This document shows positions 54,180-64,000 of a DNA stretch of 64,000 nucleotides, in pieces; within the stretch, counting starts at the first letter, position 1, and each line of letters starts with the position of its first letter. The translations under genes and the position numbers were made by a program. The DNA is from the human T2T-CHM13v2.0 reference genome, Homo sapiens. The stretch is from the NCBI RefSeq assembly GCF_009914755.1, contig NC_060937.1; one strand, written 5' to 3'. The notes beneath the pieces are model-generated. The model worked only from the letters and a program-made list of their open reading frames with translations. It was not told where the DNA came from and searched no databases.

Positions 54180-54762
54180 ATGTCCTTGTTTATTAATTAC
54201 CTCATCTCATCCACATTATTTCTATATTAATTTTGACTAATTTCATTTTTTCTTTATTATTATTTTTTTTCTGCTTTAGATGCCTGGTAATTTTTAATAC
54301 AGAGTATTTGCACATTTATTTATTACTGCCCATATCCATTAAAGTTTTTAAATTTAATGTCAGTTATTGTAACTTCTGCCTTATTTGTTTTTTGTCATTT
54401 TTGTACACACAAAAATGCTCATCAGTGTTGTTCTGTATACAATCAAATAACCTGTAAATAGTGTGATCCTTTCGATATTTGCTTTTGTACTTTGATATCT
54501 GGAACCAGAACATCCTTTCTTCTAGGTCTAACTTCTTCCTAACTATTGGGCATTACCTTTTTGAGTGCTTAACCCAATGCTTCTCAATGATGGGGTTTCT
54601 GCTCTAACTAATGGGATCCCGAATTATTTCTAGGCTTGTGTGATCTCAGAAGACGTTTCTCTCTAATCCTTCGAGGTGGGCATTTCCTCACATACATTCA
54701 TCAGCTGAAGACTGGAGATGGACTCTGTAATTCTCTGAAATTCTTCCCTTCTCTTACTTTAC

Positions 54763-55492
54763 TGTAGTGAGATCCTCTTTTATGCTGCCCTGACATTTGT
54801 TTTGAATATAAGTTAAACTTTCTCATACTAGAAGCAAGATTTAGTTAACTCTGATACAGTTTCCAGTTCTCGACTTTCTCTCAGTTTCTTAATGTGGTCG
54901 ATCCAGATATCTGCCTTATGCAACCACCCCCTGGTGGCAAACTCCCTAGGGGACAGCTATGTGCAACCTATTTGACTTGCCCTACTGACCCTCACACCAG
55001 CAAGGACTGTGGAGATTTGCTACAGTGACCACTTCTCAGACACAGAGTGACTCCACAGAAACTTGTGCCTACTTGCTCTAAATCCCCCAATCAAACTCCA
55101 AGTGGGAAATCTGCTTGGGTAACACCCTGGACCCCAATAAAGGCTTCAACCCACAAGTCCCTCAATCTTTCTTTCCTGCTTCCTACCTGCTGATTGAGCA
55201 GGCTCGTCTCAGACACCTCCCTGCTTCCCACTGGTGCTGAAAGCCACACTACCCTCTTCTCTCTGGAGCTGTAGTAATAATATGCTTCTAATAACACTGC
55301 TTCTATTATTCTATGTATGTGTTGTATTGCCTCCTCACTGTGTCTCACCTGAGCAATCCCAGCCACCATCTGAACCAAATTTCCTCCCAGTGAGACCCAT
55401 TCAAGAGAGTGGCTATTTTTGACTTACAGCTACTCTCAACAAACAGATCTTAAGACCAAATAAAAAAATAAACCATAACAATAAAACTCACA
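54763..55492 (+). mobile_element. MER54/MER73-group ERVL solo LTR
   Basis: tgtagtga...ttttgaatataagttaaactttctcatac...aatgtggtcgatccagatatctgcctta...ccctggaccccaataaaggc. Confidence 0.8.
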
Positions 55493-55897
55493 TATTTCTT
55501 GTAAACGTTATGTGTCTTGGCTTCCTTGTCCTACCAGCTTGAATTCAGGGAAGAAACTTGGCTCAACTTAGACTTACCCTTCCCGAAACACAGCCTGGAA
55601 ATTTTTCCACGGCAGTAACTTAGTAGAACCATATGGTTTCTTTGTTTCTTGTGTCATAGAGATCACTCTCTTTGCTTGCTTGATGTGCAATGTCTTTAAA
55701 ACTGATGCATTATTTTGTTTTGTTTTTTGGTTTTTAGATCGGAGTGGAAGTCTGACTCTGATTATTTTGCCACTTCCAGAAATGGAATCTTTATTGTTTG
55801 ACTCATTTGCTCTGCCTTGCTAATATTTTTGGTTGATTTCTTTTGATGATACCTCACATGAGCTTTTGATATTCTTTAGAGGTTATTTGGTTGGATA

Positions 55898-56228
55898 CAG
55901 ATGATCTTCAGCTTGTGATCTGGTTACATCTCAATACACCCATTATAAGTTGAAAATGCTTTTAATACACCTAACCTTCTGAACAAAATAGCTTACTCTA
56001 GCCTACCTTAAATGTACTCAGAACACTTACATTAGCCTATAGTTGGGCAACATTATCTAATGAAAAGCATATTTTACAATAGTGTTCAGTAGCTCATGTA
56101 ATTTATTGAATAATGCACTAAAATATTCAAGTGAAAAAAAAGAATGGTTGTATGGGTGATCAAAGTAAGGTTTCTACTGAATGTGGCAGCATTTTTAAGT
56201 CAAGAAATCAGAAGTCAGGAACCACCTA
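55898..56228 (+). mobile_element. MER47A (Tigger5 family)
   Basis: ta|cagatgatcttc...taatacacctaacc...cagaacacttacattagccta...gaatggttgtatgggt. Confidence 0.88.
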
Positions 56229-56639
56229 AGTTTCTGAGATTCTTGATACACATATCACCAGCACACATTTTAATTTATCCCAATATTCATCTATTTTGTG
56301 ATCCTTGCATCCCAGTTTGGAGGAACCAATGAGACTTTTTCCATGTTCCTCAAGATTTTCTTCACAAATTATTTCATCTTTTTTTCCCAATAAATTTATT
56401 ATCCTCTCTTTTGGAAGACCTTACAATTTGTTAGTGATACTTTTAGTTTTTGAGGATTACACTAGTCATCACTAATCTCATTTTATTTCCTGTTATTCTC
56501 CTCTTTCTGCTAAACCATCCTATTTCTGTCAGATGGATTGGCATTTCATGAGGATGCCCTGTCATCTAGATTACAGACAACATCATTTGAAAACTGTGTT
56601 TCTTTTGCTATGTGGATTGCTCTGTTTGAACTTAAGGAA

Positions 56640-57800
<1,161 letters not shown>

Positions 57801-58724
57801 TAATTTAGTTTCTATATGAAATAAAAATGTATGCAGTTTCTATAAAAATGTTATATATAAGGGTAAGACCAATTTTTTTCATATTTCAGTTTGAATTGTA
57901 GAATATTAAATGTTTGCTATTAACATGCATGTTCAGTCAATACGACTTTTTCTGAGTTGTCAACACTTAATATTAAAAATAAAACATAATATGCCTTTAA
58001 AAATAAATTTAACCTAACCTATGTATTTAAACTTCAAATAACAACAACAAAAAATTCGTGTGTATACACGCACACTGCAAGTGGCAGAGTATACAGCTAA
58101 ACACAGAGAATTGGAAAAACAAGCAGATAATCAAGTGTGTTATTAGAGAAAAGTCAAGTAAAATCAATGAAGCAGTTTGTGGCTTAAATATTTCAAATCA
58201 TTTTTAAAGTAAATTTTTATTTTACAAAATTTAGATATCCCTCCACCAAATTAAAGCAATCATTGCTTGTGTAGACCAAAACCTAAATGAATACGGGAGA
58301 AGTGCTTAATTCTATGGAAATAAAAAAACAAAAAGTAGGACTACTCTAATACCAGCCCTGTACTGAGAACCTATCAATTGCTGTTTCTAGACACCCCCAA
58401 TATCCAGTTTCTTGAGATGCATAAGGCTCAAGATCAGTGGGTGGTGTAAGTGTAGACACATAAAAGATCACATTTCATTGTTTTAGTCATCATTAGTTCC
58501 AATTTTTACGACACTCACTAAATTGTATTACTGATACTCCCTTCAGAAACACTCTGTGTAGGAATGTTCTCTTACATTAATTAGCTTCACCAGTTCATTG
58601 GCAGAGCAATGTTTGGGAGGCTTTATAGAACCAATCCATATTGTTTTGTGCTCCATTGAAACTCAAAATTATATGAGAACTATTTTAACACATAGTACTC
58701 ACTTATTTTATAAAGCTTGTTTTG

Positions 58725-59144
<420 letters not shown>

Positions 59145-59679
59145 TCACTGTTTGGTTCATGTCATTTACATTGTTTCACTGTGAGAGAAAAGTAGAATTT
59201 TCTAGCATGCCATGAGGTAAAAACAAACCAAAAATAGTCTTTTGTAAAAACTCATCAAATATTTATAAAGTCTTTAAAAAAGAAAAGAGCTTAAATGTTT
59301 ATGTAACAGAAAAAAGAAATAATTGAAGCAAAGGGCAAAGTAAATAGGATATATTCTATTAGTGAATATTATACATTATGGTTATATAGATTTCAAAGTG
59401 TTTTATTTTTCTATTGCCATGTTCCTTCATAAGGAATAGGATGTTGAAAACTTATTTTCTTGAATTTTGGCAGCATATTCTTCTTTACCAAAATATTCAC
59501 CTTTACCTAAATTTATGTTCCCTATAATTATGTCACCAGTCATTCAGAAAACAATTACAGATTAACCCATGGCAGGGGACATAAAACCAACTGTATCTTT
59601 ATGGAGTTGAACCATAATACAAAATTAGAGGCCTTCCAGAATGCAAATAGATATAAAGAAAGGTAGAGACACATGGGAG

Positions 59680-60147
59680 GTTTTCCATTATCATACCCCT
59701 GAAAGGAACCTCACATAATCTCCTAAACTCTTCTCCTTTCTCATTTTGGCCCAGTTTCCCTAGCCTCCCTCCTATTCCTAAGCACACTGCCCTGTGGCCT
59801 TTGATGTCTCTGCCCGGAATGTTTCTGGCTATATGCCATGCACTCTCATTTATTCAAGTTAGTGCTGAAATACTATTCTCCGGAGAGATGTTTTCTGTTC
59901 TTTCTGTCTAAAATAAAATTACCCCTGTAACTCTCTAATCACTTGCATCATTTTATTTTACCTCACAGCTTTCTTTATTATCTAATTTCATGTCAAGTGA
60001 CAATGCATAGATCTTATACCTTGTCAGAGTGTAAAGACTAGGAGTATAGATACTCTATCCAGTTTGTTCACTATGAGTATCTTCTGCAAATAGAAGGATG
60101 TCTTATCATCGTTCTATGGAATTTTGTCGAATATGTAAATGAGTGAA
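59680..60147 (+). mobile_element. L2a 3' end
   Basis: ctctgcccggaatg...agagtgtaaagac...tttgttcactatg...gaatatgtaaatgagtgaa. Confidence 0.65.
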
Positions 60148-60204
60148 TTTTTAAAATATTGAGAACAAAGCACCGCAAGTAAAATGTATTGCCATTTTCA
60201 TTAT

Positions 60205-60763
60205 TGTGGCAAGCAATGCTGAGATTCAATGACCATGTCATTGGACAATACCTTCCCCTGAATTGTGGGTGGGACCTGTCACTTCCTTCTAGACAGAATG
60301 AGGCAACAGAACATGGGAAAGAGGCTGGGATATTACTCTCGAGATTATGCTTCATTATTTGACAAAGGTGAAGATATTTTGCAGACTTAATTTAGATCTC
60401 TTATCAGATAGTAGGGAAATTATTCTGGATAGGCATCACATAATTGGATGGTCCCTTTTGAAAGAGAGTCTACAGGCTGGAGACTCTTTCTAGTAGTGAT
60501 GGAACCCACCACCATGATTTCTGCAGCTAAAGAAAAAATGAGTTGTACCAACAGTCACATGAGCTTTTAGAGGATCCCTGAACTTTGGATGAAACCATGG
60601 CCCGAGCCAAGACAATGATTGCAGCCTTGGGAGACTCTTAATAAAGGACACAGTTTAGCTGTGTTAAGATTCCTGACCCAAAGACTATAAGATCATAAAT
60701 ATGTGTTGTTTTAAACTTCTAAGTGTGTTGTGATTTATTTTGTAGAAATGTAAAAATAATATA
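60205..60763 (+). mobile_element. MLT1E/F-like LTR
   Basis: tgtggc...ccctgaattgtgggtgggacctgt...tgattgcagccttgggagac...gattcctgaccca...tgtgttgttttaa. Confidence 0.8.
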
Positions 60764-60860
60764 ATCATTGATATCTAGATGTAAATCAAAATATCTAATT
60801 TGGTATTTTTTACCTTAATAACTAGCTCAGGCTCCCTGCAAAGAAAACAAACAGACAAAC

Positions 60861-60864
<4 letters not shown>

Positions 60865-60904
<40 letters not shown>
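60865..60904 (+). repeat. Pure A40 homopolymer
   Basis: 40 consecutive A. Confidence 0.97.
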
Positions 60905-60906
<2 letters not shown>

Positions 60907-61243
60907 ACTCCTTTGGCATAGCTTTGTACAAAGCTAATTTCAAGTATTATCAACTGTAGACTTCTCGTGAGTAATGAAGTTCATTTTTTGCCTGCGCCCT
61001 TTACATGCACTCCTTTTCCCTCTTCACCCAGCTTTATCCAGGTAACTCTCATTCATCTTTCAGAAATTGTTGTATGATTATTTCTGCAATATAGCCTTCA
61101 TTTGCCACAACTCCCTTATGTAGTTAATAATCACACCCTCGACCCCCACATGCATAGACGTTTCTCTGGTGATAGTCAACAAATTAACTATTTTAAATTC
61201 ATCTTTGCCTCCTTGAACCCATGCCTTAAAGAGAGACATTTGG

Positions 61244-61656
<413 letters not shown>

Positions 61657-62627
61657 CTAGATAGAAAACAAGATACTTTTTTCAGACTGTACAAGCTTTG
61701 AAGCACTTACACATAGTTATGGACCAAAATTATCCTTGTTATGGATTGTGGATTTTCGGTTTTCTCTGAAGGAACTTCCAGTGGCTCAGTAAGTTTTTAG
61801 GCAGTCTGGGTACACGCTTGCCCAGGGAAAATGGTGTAAAAACCACCTGTGTACTCTTCAAGTGTTTCTGAGCTATGGTGTGAGAGGATGTGATGTGTGT
61901 GTTTGAGAGAGAGAAGACAGTGAAAAACAAAGAGAGATTCCATGTGTGTCTGTTGGCCTAGAAAAACCTGCCCACTTAGATGTAAGATACAGGCTGGTGA
62001 AGTAATATGCCCAAGTATATTAGTGGTTTTCTTATAGGGAATAGACTAAAATTCTTGCCTATTTTTCATGATGTTATTTGACATTAAGGAAATCTGTTCC
62101 AGGTGGCTCTGATCTTGATCTGACAGCAAGAAATGTTGCCAGTGCTCCAAATGGGATCTCGTCATCAAAGATATCTGGACTTTCAATGTGTGGTTAATAA
62201 AACACCTTCCACATTAACAGGAAATACTCAATTCCTATAAAATGTATGGCTGAAATTGGTGAGCCCATCTGGACTCTAACAGTTGGCAAACCATCTTTTT
62301 TTGTGTGTGTGTCTGTGTATGTTAGTGTGTGTGATAAATAAACAAGTGAATGTAAATCACAAAACCAAAGAACAAAAACATAATCTTGGAGATTAGCCCA
62401 ACAAACTCCCCATGTGACAGCAAACTTACTGATAGTGCTACCAGATTGATCTGATTTTCTAGATTATTTTATCTAACGCGCAGAAAAGGAACTGGCTCTT
62501 TGACAGAAGAATTTCCAGGTTGTATGGATATTTGGGGATCCCAGGGAAAAATCATTGACTTCTTAATGATAATAGCAGGTGACCATTTAGCTATTGGAAA
62601 AATTTAAAAGACTAAGTCATAAACAAT

Positions 62628-62985
62628 TGTATTAGTCTATTGTCACACTGCTAATAAGGACATACCCAAAACTAGGTAACTTATAAAGGAAAGAGGTTTC
62701 TTTGACTCACAGTTCCACCTGGCTGAGGAGTCCTCACAATTATGGCAGAAGGTAAAGGAGGAGCAAAGTCACATCATGCATGGTGGCAGGCAAAAGAGAG
62801 CATGTGCAGGGGAACTCTCCATTATAAAACCATCACACCTTGTGAGACTTACTATCATGAGAACAGCATAAGACTGGACCCCATGATTCAATTACCTCCC
62901 ACCAGGTCTCTCCTACAACACGTAGGAATTATGGGAGCTACAATTTCAGATGAGATTTGGGTGGGAACAAAGCCAAACCATATCA
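62628..62985 (-). mobile_element. THE1B-like solo LTR
   Basis: tgtattagtc...gactcacagttccac...gatgagatttgggtggg...aaccatatca; perfect TSD acaat. Confidence 0.93.
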
Positions 62986-63076
62986 ACAATATATACAAAA
63001 TATACTTGAAGGTAATTTATAGAATATCAATTTTTCTAACAATCACTTTGATAAAATCAAGGGATTGCATTAAAGG

Positions 63077-63634
63077 TGCATTAATTCTTCTATTGTTGTA
63101 TAACAAATTACAACAATCTTAGCTTAAAATAGCATTCGTTTATTAGCTCGTCATCTGTGGATCAGAAGTCAGTGTTTGGGTTCTTTGCTTAGGTTGACAT
63201 CAATGTAGGGACTTGCTGCATGCTCATGTGCAGTTTAGGATTCTCCTCCAAGCTCATTCCAGTATTGGTAGAATTTGGTTCCTTAAAGTTGAGGACTTAA
63301 TTCCTGTTTTCTTTCTGCCATCAGCTGGGGACTGCTGTCTGTATCTAGAGGCCACTTTTAGTACATATCCTGATGTTTCCTCTATCTCAGCAAGAGGGAA
63401 TTTCAATGTATTGAATCCCTCTCATTATTTGAATCTCTCAGACATCTCCTGTTGCAACCAGTTTAAGAGAACTCTGCTTGAGGGGGAACTGATAATTACA
63501 TCAAGTCCACCCAGGTAATATCTCTATTTTACCATCAACTGAATCATTAGCTGAGTTACACCTACAGAATCTCTTTTGCCATATCATGTTACATAATACT
63601 AGGAGGCAAAGATCATTAACATTCTGCCTACCAT
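63077..63634 (-). mobile_element. MLT1D/E-like LTR
   Basis: gtataacaaattacaacaatcttagcttaaaa...ctccaagctcattc...tgaatccctctca...attctgcctacca. Confidence 0.8.
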
Positions 63635-63675
63635 AGAAAACAAACTACCTAAGATAAAAAGCTTAATATAAAATC

Positions 63676-63881
63676 CATTAGTCCCTTTCAGACTGTTTGT
63701 GCTGTTACTGCAAAATACCAGAGATTGAGAAATTTATAAAGAACAGAAATTTATTGTCTTGCAATTCTGGAGACTCAGAAGTCAGAGATCAAGGTGCCAG
63801 CATCTGGTGACAACCTTCTTGTTGCATCTTCATAGGGGAGAAAGTAAAAGGGCAGCCAAACAGACCCTGTCTGAAGTTTTG

Positions 63882-63913
<32 letters not shown>

Positions 63914-64000
63914 TCCTTTAATCTCATTCACGAGGGAGAAGCCTTCATGGACTAATTACGTTTTAAAGGTCCCATTTCTTAATACTATTATATTGACAAT
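63676..64000 (-). mobile_element. MST/MLT1A-type LTR (runs off the window) with an internal T-tract
   Basis: tttataaagaacagaaatttatt...gatcaaggtgccagcatctggtga...aatctcattcacgaggg. Confidence 0.8.

Larger units (their letters stand above)
52900..55790 (-). mobile_element. Ancient L1M/L1ME ORF1 and 5' region, interrupted by two LTRs
   Basis: tttttgaaagatatgttctctgagtatagaattctaag...cagtactttaagatgttg; 5' end ccacttccagaaatggaa. Confidence 0.6.

Overview
AT-rich primate genomic DNA (human-like: AluY, AluS, THE1 and L1PA are present). It reads as intergenic or deep-intronic sequence dominated by transposable-element fossils: L1 (L1MC/L1MA/L1ME/L1PB/L1PA), about ten Alus, L2/MIR, LTR elements (THE1, MLT1, MST, MER52, LTR16, MER31/67-like, MER54/73-like) and DNA transposons (full-length Tigger1, MER2, MER44, MER33, MER63, MER47). 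I find no supportable host protein-coding gene, RNA gene, CpG-island promoter or CRISPR array. The listed ORFs are repeat-derived or chance. I cannot support a new biological system here. The most notable structures are (1) a decayed ERV env TM region with recognisable furin, heptad, ISD, CX6CC and membrane-anchor motifs next to its PPT and 3' LTR (43598-45170), (2) a 79-nt near-perfect fold-back hairpin at an L1 5' terminus (7225-7303), (3) an AluS/AluY chimeric Alu without a TSD, suggesting an Alu-recombination deletion (56640-56952), (4) two twin-priming inverted L1s, and (5) several nested insertions. Subfamily names come from remembered consensus sequences, and the boundaries of old repeats are approximate.
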